Of a DNA stretch of 64,000 nucleotides, positions 13,014 through 24,234 are shown piece after piece. The notes beneath the pieces are model-generated. The model was given only the letters and a program-made list of their open reading frames with translations, did no database searches and was not told the DNA's origin. Within the stretch, counting starts at the first letter, position 1, and every line of letters begins with the position of its first letter. Position numbers and translations under genes: made by a program. The stretch covers positions 434,001 through 498,000 of the forward strand of contig NW_025767081.1 in assembly GCF_003918875.1 (NCBI RefSeq), given 5' to 3'. This stretch comes from Haliotis rubra. Taxonomy: Eukaryota.

Positions 13014-13564
13014 CTTGAACACAACAATTTAAATGGCCCTCACATGACAACTGAACGGCTAGTTGTAGCTTTCGTTCACATTCGAACCAGCCTCAAAACA
13101 TTTGATCTTGCACAAGCATTACGTTATTATAGAATTGATATTTTCTATTCTGAATGACCCTTCGAAAGTTGAAATTGTTTTATGGCTCCATTCATGTGAA
13201 TAGTAGCATCAATTAAAGCTTCACGCGTGTTTCTTTTGTTTTTTGATCAATATATTTATAAATATGTCACACCTAAATCTTCATGAAATAGGTTCCAGAA
13301 CAGGATAAAGACATTGTGTTGATCATATATGTTAAGTTACATCACAATTCAGTGAATCCAATTTATATGTTTTGGCCGATATTGTAAAACCCTCGACAGG
13401 CTGGGATCTGGCTGGTGAACTTCGGCTCCGTACAGTCCTCGTCACCCGTCTCAGCCTTGACACCTGATTCATCGCTTCAGGTGACAAGCATAGGTTGCTG
13501 GGAACATGTTCCACAAAGGTAACCCTCAATGGTGCCGCAAGTAGGGTAGAGTGAACTCTGGGGC

Positions 13565-13900
13565 ATTGCCATGCGATTGCAGTAAATCAAACTTGAAAGT
13601 TTTGAGACAACCATTTGATACAAACATATGAAAGTGGGAAGTGGCAATGATATATGACTTCGTTATCGATTTCCCTTCTTGTTATATAAAAGGGGAGGCA
13701 TGCTGGTTATCATATCTGTCGAGTCAGCACTTTGTACCGACTCTGCCACATAACAATGTTAGACAAGCAGATTTATGTGTTTCAATAAGCACATTGAGTT
13801 ACAACCATAGTGTTAATCATTTCTCTCTCTTGGAACAGATGCTGGTGCATCCATCATCGTCACTGGTGCTGTTAATCCACGGCACAGACTTTGGTTATGA
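13565..13900 (+). repeat. Unclassified interspersed repeat; inverted second copy at ~36540-36975
   Basis: Near-identical segment GAGGCATGCTGGTTATCATATCTGTCGAGTCAGCAC...; both copies give the same spurious ORF peptide (ACWLSYLSSQHFVP...). Confidence 0.75.
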
Positions 13901-14020
13901 TCATAAGGAAGACATATAGGTACATGTATATAGACCAAACCCTTTTACTATATGAAACGATATTAATAGGGCAGGGTCTATACACCTACATGTCTTTCTA
14001 ACGCTGTTTCTAAGCGAGAC

Positions 14021-14202
14021 GGGGCGGTGGGGTAGCCTAGTGGTTAAAGCGTTGGCTCGTCACGCCGAAGACCCGGGTTCGATTCCCCACATGGGCACAA
14101 TGTGTTAAGCCCATTTCTGGTGTCCCCCGCCGTGATATTGCTGGAATATTGCTAAAAGCGGCGTAAAACTAAACTCAGTCAGTCAGTCAGTCAGTCAGTC
14201 AG
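14021..14202 (+). mobile_element. SINE family 1
   Basis: Full length, long (CAGT)n tail, 12-bp TSD TCTAAGCGAGAC. Confidence 0.92.
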
Positions 14203-15219
14203 TCTAAGCGAGACACGCCCCTATGGATATGATGTCATGGCTATTAAGACGTATCCAGCAGGTGCATGAAAAATGTTCATGGAATTATTGGTTTGCATGA
14301 AATATGTCGTGATTAATGTATCATGTTAAGTTTGCTAATTCTTCAGAGTTTAATTTACTTTTATGCCGCTTTTAGCAATATTCTCGCAATATTCCTTGGG
14401 ACACCAGAAATGTGCTTCACACATTGTGGGGAATCGAACCCGGGCCTTCGGCGTGACGAGCGAACGCTTTAACTACAAGGCTATCCCACCGCCCCTAAGT
14501 TCTTTAGATCTTCCAAGCAAAACAGTTTGGAATGTGGGTGTCCCGTTCTAGGGGAAATTTAACATGAGGAGAAATTAAGAGCACTACTGCTGCTGCTGCT
14601 GCTGACCTGGAACGATCCGGGTTGGAAATGGTCTTCAGCAACCCATACTTGTGGTAAAAGGCGACAAATGGGATCGGATTGTCTGGTCCAGACTCGATTA
14701 TTTACAGATTTGCAGCGTTAAACCATACACACACAAAAACAAAACAAAACAAACAAACACACAAACAAAAAGCTACAGAGACTTAACAGCAGTCAAAGCA
14801 GTCTAAACATTTTACATGTGAGGAGGAAAAGTCGAATAGATTCCCCACATGTCCTATTTCTTGGCTCACGCTGATATTGCTATTGTACCGCTAAAAGCGA
14901 CGTAAAATCATGCTCACTCACGAGTTAGTTTCCAAACATTGGGTAAATAGTACCAGACTGTAACCATTCCTTGTGCTTCCCTGCGAATACCCGCCAATTA
15001 AAGTGAGAAACATGTGCTGCTTTCGATTTAACAACAGAGTAATATAATGTTGTTTTACGCCATACACAACTGTAGCATGACGGCCTGTAAAAAATTGGGA
15101 CCAGTGTTTGACAGCATAGAAAAGGTCCATCCGATGACAAGCAAACATTAATGACCAACCGATCCTCGTTTTCGTCAAGCAAAATTGTACTTGTAACCTA
15201 TCAGTGCCGCAATCTTCGA

Positions 15220-15724
15220 GGGAATACATGTCAAACTGACTTCAGGGGAATACATGTCAAATTGACTTCAGGGGAATACATGTCAAACTGACTTCAGGGG
15301 AATACATGTCAAATTGACTTCAGGGGAATACATGTCCAATTGACTTCAGGGGAATACATGTCAAACTGACTTCAGGGGAATACATGTATCAAATTGACTT
15401 CAGGGGAATACATGTCAAACTGACTTCACATGTCAAACTGGGGAATACATGTCAAACTGACTTCAGGGGAATACATGTCAAACTGACTTCAGGGGGTCAA
15501 AATACATGTCAAACTGGGGAATACACAATTGACTTCAGGGTACATGTCAAACTGACTTCAGGGGAATACATGTCAAACTGACTTCAGGGGAATACATGTC
15601 AAACTGACTTCAGGGGTCAAACTGACTTCAGGGGAATACATGTCCAATTGACTTCAGGGGAATACATGTCCAATTGACTTCAGGGGAATACATGTCCAAT
15701 TGACTTCAGGGGAATACATGTCAA
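15220..15724. repeat. Minisatellite, 26-bp unit GGGGAATACATGTCAAACTGACTTCA (~19 units, some partial)
   Basis: Direct tandem repeat with no unique spacers. Confidence 0.92.
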
Positions 15725-16051
15725 GCAGAAACGATGTCAGTATTTCAACACTGATAATTGCATACTTGATTTACGTAAGTGGGCCAATTGATATCCAATA
15801 AATATCGCATACCTGATTTACGTCAGCAATTGATTTGCATGTGCCTTTGCATGTGTTTGTGACGGGTGCCACCGGTAGGGAAGCTCAGCTTTCAGCGAAC
15901 ACCTTGTATCAAGATTATAACATAGTAATTCAGAAACACATGCTCACGTCAGAGTTGGAACCATGTGACTGACTCTAAAAATACAAAGATTTGTAATGAT
16001 TAAAAAATGGATTTTGCCATGTATATTTAGTATGTCTCACAAAATGATAGA

Positions 16052-16210
16052 GTGAGAGAGTATGGTTTCACGCCGCTTTAAGCAATATTCCAGCAATATC
16101 ACGGCGGGGGACACCAGATATGGGCTTCACACATTGCGCCCATGTGGGGAATTAAGGCGGGCCTTCGAACCCGAGTGAACGCTTTAACCACTAGGCTACC
16201 CCACCGCCCC
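16052..16210 (-). mobile_element. SINE family 1 in the upstream region of sulfatase A
   Basis: 13-bp TSD ACAAAATGATAGA; absent from the homologous upstream regions of B and C. Confidence 0.88.
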
Positions 16211-16425
16211 ACAAAATGATAGAAATATTTTAGTTGTATAAAGTTTTTTATATTGTATGAGTTGTTTTCGAATACAATACAGGTTAAAAGTAATCCATTT
16301 ATGCTAAACGTGACGTCTATGAGTGTATGGAAAGCTGTACGAGATAACAAATTTCCGTCACCAGCAATATACCTGGTTACGAAGGGTCATGGTCACACCA
16401 GACCAATCCAGACCAGATATATTAC

Positions 16426-16470
16426 TGATAAGAATCTGCTGCTAACTTCACAGGCTCGAAGATACATAAA
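16426..16470 (+). promoter_or_regulatory. Putative core promoter of sulfatase A: GATA site (TGATAAG) plus TATA-like TACATAAA
   Basis: Same two motifs at the same spacing upstream of B (21334-21378), C (25795-25839) and D (58655-58699, TATATAAA). Confidence 0.5.
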
Positions 16471-16513
16471 TCCTCTCTCGTCAGGTGGATCCCGCTATGA
16501 TTTAGAGATCACG

Positions 16514-18030
16514 ATGCTGAGGGTGACGCTTCTGCTGCTGGCGGTGACTGCCGCCCTGGCCCGTATGAATGTGTTGTTTTTAGTGTCAGATGACATGAGG
16601 CCGGAACTCTCAATTTTTGGTGGAAAAGACTTCCCCAGTCCTGTTCATCCTCCGATACATTCACCCAACCTTGACGCCCTCGCTCGGAAAAGTCTTCTGT
16701 TAAAGAGAGCCCATGTTCAGCAGGCTGTGTGTTCCCCGAGCAGATCATCTCTCCTCACAGGACGAAGACCGGACACTACCCATGTGTATGATCTACAAGC
16801 TTACTGGAGAGATGTGGGAGGTAACTTCACCACCATCCCTCAGTATTTCAAGGAACACGGCTACAGGACGATAGGATCGGGTAAGATTTTCCATCCAGGA
16901 CATGCTTCTAACTACAACGACCCGATCTCCTGGACAGACCCGTATTTTGAAGTCGGAGGTGAAGCCAACAATTTTGTATACAAGGAGCATGTTTCCTGGT
17001 TGAATGTGCCGATGGATGTTCTTAAGAACAACTCCCTTCAAGACACCCAGAATGCAGATTATGCCATTAAAATGATTAGAGAAGCAGCACCAGAGGCTAG
17101 ATCTGGAGAGCGTCCTTTCTTTATCGGTCAAGGATTCCACAAACCTCATCTTCCCTTTGTGGCACCACAGATGTTTTTTGACTTGTACCCCGAGTCCTCA
17201 ATAAGTCTTCCACCGAACCCCTACGCTCCTGATAGGATGCCGGAAATTGCATGGTCTAATTATTATACTACAGAGCTCGGAGCTTACGAAGACATTGAGA
17301 AATTACACGTTACAGGAGACATCAACACCACTCTCCCAAACGATGTCATCCTCAACTTGAGGAGAGCCTACTACAGCGCTCTCAGCTACACGGACTACGA
17401 ACTGGGACGAGTTATCCAGGAGCTGGAGAATCAAGGCCTGGCCAACAACACAATTATCTCCTTCTGGGGAGATCACGGTTGGCAACTGGGGAACACGGTG
17501 AGTGGTGCAAACACACGGACTTTGACATCGCCACCCACGCCCCGATGATGGTACATGTGCCGGGTCTCACTGACAAGGGCATTGTGACTGAAGAACTCAC
17601 CGAGTTTGTGGATCTGTTTCCTACTCTGGTAGAAGCTGCAGGTCTACCTCCTATAAATCTGTGTCCAGAAAACTCCACTAACGTTCTAGTCTGCACTGAA
17701 GGCACTAGTTTGATACCTCTGATAACAAACCCAGCAAGTCCCAACTGGAAGAAGGCTGTGTTCTCCCAGTATCCGAGGAATGAATACAACGGAAATCAAA
17801 CGGGCTACAGCATGACCACCGATCATTACAGATACACAGAGTGGGTCAAATTCAACATACAACCTGTGTACAAGCCGGACTGGACAGAAGTGTTTGGTGT
17901 GGAGCTGTACGACCATTATGGCGATCCTGAGGAAAACAAGAATCTGGCTTATGATTCCGCCTACAGTGCTCTGGTGGCTCAATTCAGCAAACAACTACAT
18001 GCTGGTTGGAGGGCAGCTTTACCCAAATAG
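16514..18030 (+). CDS. IDS: Iduronate 2-sulfatase-like secreted/lysosomal sulfatase, copy A (intronless CDS; 1-bp deletion at G-run 17488-17491; ~505 aa if corrected)
   Basis: Signal peptide MLRVTLLLLAVTAALA; SDDMR metal ligands; QQAVCSPSRSSLLTGRRPDTT formylglycine motif (human IDS has QQAVCAPSR..LTGRRPDTT); GKIFH, FHKPHLPF, GDHG, WCKH. The two ORF halves join if G4 is read as G5, as in B and C. Confidence 0.88.
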
Positions 18031-18558
18031 GAGGAAAATATAGGGATGTTTCAATCAGAGTACCTGGTGTGTTAATTGTTTGATTTTGTTGATACACTGC
18101 ACTAGACAACATTAAAACTATAGAGACAATCTAGTTTTAGAATATTTTCATATACACATGTCTGTATGTGCAGATTGTGTGAAGTGCAGAATATGCTTAC
18201 CATTATATTATATTATCTAATTTCAGCCTCCTACGTCCAGTGGAATCTGTTTCAGGGCTGCGTATGCTCTGACGCTGACATGTACTACATAATACATGTA
18301 AATATCTTGTGTGGCAAAGTCTGAGTGAAATGAAGTTTAGATTGCTGTGTATCACTGTAAATGGAAAGGAGGTGTATGAGCAGGAATTCAATGAGCAGAG
18401 TTACATCCCTTCGCTTGCACAGGATCCACAGTTACTCAGCACCCGTCCACCAGGCGCCTCTGAATCTGTTATTATAATTTCGATTATCTAGTTCTCTCTG
18501 ATTATGTCTCACGGTCTGTAAGCACCAACTATGTGCTCGTTGGTTTCAAAGACAGTGG

Positions 18559-18723
18559 AGTGAGTGAGTATGGTTTTACGCCGCTTTTAGCAATATTCCA
18601 GCAATATCACGGCGGAGGACACCAGAAATGGGCTTCACACATTGTGCCCATGTGGGGAATCGAACCCGGGTCTTCAGCGTGACGAGCGGACGCTTTAACC
18701 ATTAGGCTACCCCACCGCCCCCC
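18559..18723 (-). mobile_element. SINE family 1 between convergent sulfatases A and B
   Basis: Full length, flanked by AAGACAGTGGA repeats. Confidence 0.88.
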
Positions 18724-19771
18724 TCAAGACAGTGGAAACGTCTGAGATAATTGTATCATGTTGTGCATACCAGTCACCTGTCGTGCACTGGATAGTGTTA
18801 TTGATATAATATGTTGAAACAAAACTATTCTGTGATATTTAATAATTAAATGAGTGGTGTGTACTTATGTCGGTCTGACAGCGCTAACCCACTGGGATAC
18901 GTCAGTGTTATCCAACCAGTCACATACAATGGAATCCGAGTAAGCCTTGCTTGGGGGGCTTCACACATTGTACCCATGTTAGGAATCGAACCCAGGCCTT
19001 CGGCGTAACAAGCAAACGCTTTCTCCACTAGGCTACCCCACTGCCCCGAGTCAGGAAGAATTACAGCAGGTATAATTTTTTGTCATTGTTTGGTTTAACA
19101 CAATCGAACCGGTGAGTGAGTGAGTGAGTGAGTGAGTGAGTGAGTTCGTGAGTGAGAGCATTAACCAAAAGTTATTATGTTTTTTTCACTCTTAATCGTG
19201 ATGTAAAAAGTAGATTATACGACATATGCACTAGGGTTGCTATACCATAACTGTCCTGGACTTTGATATAACAACGGTTACTTGAGGACCCCTGAAGAGT
19301 GTTTTTATTAAATTTAATAGTTTTTTGGAAAATTTCTTGAAACGATTTATTTGTGCTTTTTATGACGTTTTTCACTTATTTGAATCCAAAACTATAGTAT
19401 ATATACATGGTGGTGTAAAATAAACACAACATACAATAGGTGCAAAAATAATTTAGTCTGCTCATTTACATATTTGTCTAAATGAAAGAACGTATGCAAT
19501 GAAAACTGGATTTTATCACAACGTTACTCCGTTTGGACAGTGTATACTTAATGGTAAAAACAGAAGTATGATACTCGTATCGAAACAGAATATCGTGGTA
19601 TAAATGTTCTTTTCATATTTAACCATCATCAAACACGCATGTTTACATTCTTTTGTTGGGCAGTTGACACAGAATGGCATTTCGTCATTTCAGAAAAAGG
19701 CGTAAGCCTTCGTAAAATGATTAAACTGAATCAAATATGGGCCTGTTGTACATCTACAATTATTTAAAATG

Positions 19772-21290
19772 TTAATTGTCCCTTGGTCTGGCAGCCCTCC
19801 ATCCAGCGTGTAGTTGTTTCCGTAGTTCAGATACAAGTTTCTTTTCAGCAGTGTTATAGGCCAAGTTAAAGTTTTCCTCGGGGTCCTTAATATGGTCGTA
19901 CAACTCAATACCATAAACTTTGTTCCAGTCCGGTTTATAGAGAGGCTTTGAGTCGAACTTTACCCACTCTGTGTATCTGTATGTATTGGTAGTCATGCTG
20001 TAGCCCATCTGGTCACCACCGTCTTCAGATCTTGGGTACTGAGAGAACACAGCCTTCTTCCAGTTGGGACTTGCTGGGTTGGTTATCAGAGGTATCAAAC
20101 TAGTGCCTTCAGTGCAGACTAGAACGTTAGTAGAGTTTTCTGGACAGAGATCAATAGGAGGTAGACCTGCAGCTTCTACCAGAGTAGGAAACAGATCCAC
20201 AAACTCGGTGAGTTCTTCAGTCACAATGCCCTTGTCTGTGAGACCCGGCACATGTACCATCATCGGGGCGTGGGTGGCGAGCTCAAAGTCCGTGTGCTTG
20301 CACCACTCACCGTGTTCCCCCAGTTGCCAACCGTGATCTCCCCAGAAGGAGATAATTGTGTTGTTGGCCAGTCCTTGATTCTCCAGCTCCTGCACAACTC
20401 GTCCCAGTTCGTAGTCCGTGTAGCTTAGACCGCTGTAGTAGGCTCTCCTCAAGTTGAGGATAACATCGTTTGGGAGTGTGGTGTTGATGTCTCCTGTAAC
20501 GTTAAGTTTGTGAATGTCAACGTACTTTCTAAGCTCTCCATAGCTAGACCATGCGATTTCCGGCATTTTATCAGGAGCGTAGGGGTTGGCTGGGAGACTG
20601 ATGGAGGACTCGGGGTACATGTCAAAGAACATCTGTGGTGCCACAAAGGGAAGATGAGGCTTATGGAATCCTTGGGCGATGAAGAAAGGACGTTCTCCAG
20701 ATCTAGCTTGAGGGGCCGCTTGTCTGATCATGTCAATGACATAGTCTGCATTCTGGGTGTCTTGAAGTGAGTTGTTCTTTAGAAGATCCATCGGCACATT
20801 CATCCAACTCACCTTTTCTTTATACACAAAGTTATTGGCATCCGACCCTGACTCAAAATATGGGTCTGTCCAGGAGATCGGGTCGTTGTTATCGGATGCA
20901 TGTCCTGGATGGAATATCTTACCCGATCCTATCGTCCTGTAGCCATGTTCCTTGAAATACTGAGGGATGGTGGTGAAGTTCCCCTCCCACATCTCTCCAA
21001 TACACCACAAGATCATACACATGGGTGGTGTCCGGTCTTCGTCCAGTGAGGAGAGATGATCTGCTCGGGGAACACACAGCCTGCTGAACATGGGCTCTCT
21101 TCAACAGAAGACTCTTCCGAGCGAGGGCATCAAGGTTTGGTGAATGCATCGGAGGATGGACAGGACTGGGGAAATCTTTTCCTTCAAAAATGGATAGCTC
21201 CGGCCTCATGTCATCTGACACCAAAAACAACACATTCATACGAGCCCGGGCGGTAGTGACCGCCAGCAGCAGAATAGTCGCCCTCAGCAT
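19772..21290 (-). CDS. IDS: Iduronate 2-sulfatase-like sulfatase, copy B (intronless; 1-bp insertion at C-run 20981-20984; 505 aa if corrected)
   Basis: ATG at 21290 (MLRATILLLAVTTARA); all catalytic motifs present; span 1519 bp versus 1518 bp for intact copy C; GGGG versus GGG at the VGGNF codons. Confidence 0.88.
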
Positions 21291-22991
21291 GATGATCTTT
21301 AAGTCATAGCAGGTTCCACCTGACGAGTGAGGATTTATGTATTTTCGAGCCTGTGAAGTTAGCAGCAGATTCTTATCAGTTCTGATATGGATATGTTTGA
21401 ATATACCTGTGGCATGGCCTTGACCAATCGTGATCATGTGTATTGCTGACAACGGGAAACTATTATCTCGTCGAGCGTTTCTTACACACACGTTAACTAG
21501 GTCATCCTCAACTTATATAATATCCAAAATGAACTTATGTAATATCTAAAATCATTTTTTTAGACACACTAAATATACCTCGCAAATTCCATTTTAGAGT
21601 CATAAGACTTGTTTTGCATTTGCAGAGTCAATTATACGGTTTCAATTATATTATGACCATGTGTTTTTGAATTACTTTGAAATAGTGTTGATACAAGGTG
21701 GTCACTAAAAGGTGAACATATGCTTCACGACCCACAAACACATACAAAGGATAGTAAAACGGAATATCGATTTTCATCGGATATCACTTTTGTCAGTCAC
21801 GCATGATTTTTTGGACAAACTGACCTATGAACGCAGTATAAACATGGAAAAATACACAATATACAATACACAATGATAATACAATACAGTATAAACACGA
21901 GTCATACATAGACCTAGGTATGAAATAAAGAATATACCGGTTTTGGATGATTATTTAACAAAAAACAACGTAACGCAACATATGTAACTTGTACGTCACA
22001 GTTAAAACACTTTAAAAATACCTTTGCTGTTTTTAATTCTAAAGCCAAAACACAACGGTTGGTACAGTATAATTGTAAAAGACCAAATGAAAGATATGTT
22101 TATGAATAGTTTTCAAATATACAGTCACCTAAAACAAGGAGTGAGTGAGTGAGTGAAGAGAAAGGAGAACAGAGTCAATGACACCACGTAATTGTGACTA
22201 TCAGATTTTCATTCTATCGCTCTTACAACATACATAGGTAAACAGGCCTTATCTGTCATGGAATTTCCCGCGAGACGATACCTTTATGTGACCTTGTCAT
22301 AAAGTGGGTTAATAGCATGTGTGTATTTTCATCAGATATTACCCAACTTGAAAATCCTGGTGCCTCGTGCGTATCTAATGTAATCGTTTTTGTTTTACGC
22401 CGCACTCAGCAATGTTCTAGCCATATGGCGACGGTCTGTAAAATTGGACCGGGCAATTCAGTGATCAACAGCATGAGCATTGATCTACGCAACTGGGATA
22501 CGATGACATGTGTCAAGTCAGCGAACCTGACCACCCGATCCCGTTAGTCGCCTCTTACGACAAGAAAGGGTTACTGAAGACCAATTCTAACCCGGATCTA
22601 ACTACTAACGGGATCGGGTGGTTAGGTTCGCTGACTTGACACATGTCATGCGTAGTTCTATGCTCATGATGCTGATCACTAGATTGTGTGGTCCAGACTC
22701 GATTATATACGGGCCACCGCCATAGCTTTGAAAAACAAAGCCATGCCATCTCAACCCCACGTTGCTGATAATGTCAACCACTGGTTTGGCGAACCCAGAC
22801 TTCATTATCAACAGGATGTCCTCAAACAGAATGAATATTGTTGACTGCAACACAAGAAACAAAATATACCGAGGGAAACAAATAAGTGAACACCACTTCA
22901 TGGCAGTGTTCCTTTATTTATTCTCAGATTTCCTCCCACAGCACTATTCAAAGCTGGTGATGAAAACTGTAAAATATTAAAGGAACGCTTG

Positions 22992-23112
22992 TGTTACGAC
23001 GTAAATTGTAATAAAAACGCAAATTGTAATACTTGCAGCAATTGTAATAAACTTGACGTAAATTGTAATAAAAACGTAAATTTGCGTTTTTATTACAATT
23101 TACGTGGTAACA
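22992..23112. mobile_element. 121-bp palindromic MITE with TGTTAC...GTAACA ends and 5-bp TSD (Ginger-like termini)
   Basis: TSD GCTTG at 22987-22991 and 23113-23117; empty site in the paralogous unit C (~27015-27025). Confidence 0.75.
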
Positions 23113-23327
23113 GCTTGAATTTTCCTGTGATCCTTTAATCGTTTCTCTCAGTAAATATCACCTTGGCCCACTTACGTCAAACAAGTTCACAGTTATCAGT
23201 GTTGAAACATCTGACACCTTTACTGCTAGATATTACCTTGTCGCATTTGACAAAAGTTCAAGACATGTATTCCCGTGAAGATAACGGTAACGATCGGAGT
23301 ACAAGTACAGAGTTACTAAAATAATTG

Positions 23328-23480
23328 ATTGAGTTTAGTTTTACGTCGCTTTAGCAATATTTCAGCAATATCACGGTGGGGACACCAGAAATGGGCTTCA
23401 CACATTGTACCCACGTGGGGATTCGAACCTATTCGGCGTGACGAGAGAACGCTTTAACCACTAGGCTACCCCACCGCCCC
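23328..23480 (-). mobile_element. SINE family 1 at the junction between duplication units B and C
   Basis: Reverse copy; its homolog at ~18955-19047 marks the start of unit B. Confidence 0.85.
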
Positions 23481-24234
23481 GAGTCAGGAAGAATTACAGC
23501 AGGTCTAATATTTTGTCATTGTTTGGTTTTACACAATCGAACCGGTGAGTTCGTGAGTGAGTTCGTGAGTGAGTGAGATAGTGAGTTCGTGAGTGAGTGC
23601 ATTAACCAAAAGTTATAATGTTTTTTTCACTCTTAATCGTGATGTAAACAATAGATTATACGACATATGCACTAGGGTTGCTATACCATAACTGTCCTGG
23701 ACTTTGATATGACAACTGTTACCTGAGGACCCCTGAAGAATGTTTTTATTAAATTTAATAGTTTTTGGAAAATTAAGTGAACACATTATTTCTTGATACG
23801 ATTTCTTTTTTTTATTGCTTTTTATCACGTTCTTCGCTGATGTGAATCCAAAACTATAGTATATATACATGGTGGCGTGAAAATAAACACAACATGAAAA
23901 GGATGCAAAAATAATTTAGTCTGCTCTTTCACTTATTTGTCTAAATGAAAGAACGTATGCAATGAAAACTGGATTTAATCACAACGTTACTCCGTTTGGA
24001 CAGTGTATACTTAATGGTAAAAACAGAAGTATGATACTCGTATCGAAACAGAATATCGTGGTATAAATGTTCTTTTCATATTTAACCATCATCAAACACG
24101 CATGTTTACATTCTTTTGTTGGGCAGTTGACACAGAATGGCATTTCGTCATTTCAGAAAAAGGCGTAAGCCTTCGTAAAATGATTAAACTGAATCAAATA
24201 TGGGCCTGTTGTAAATCTACAATTATTTAAAATG

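Noticed and set aside
16253-16513. 87-aa N-terminal extension of sulfatase A (and a similar extension for B) in the ORF track
   Set aside because: Starts at a non-ATG codon and runs through promoter-like sequence; the signal peptide begins at ATG 16514, matching C and D.
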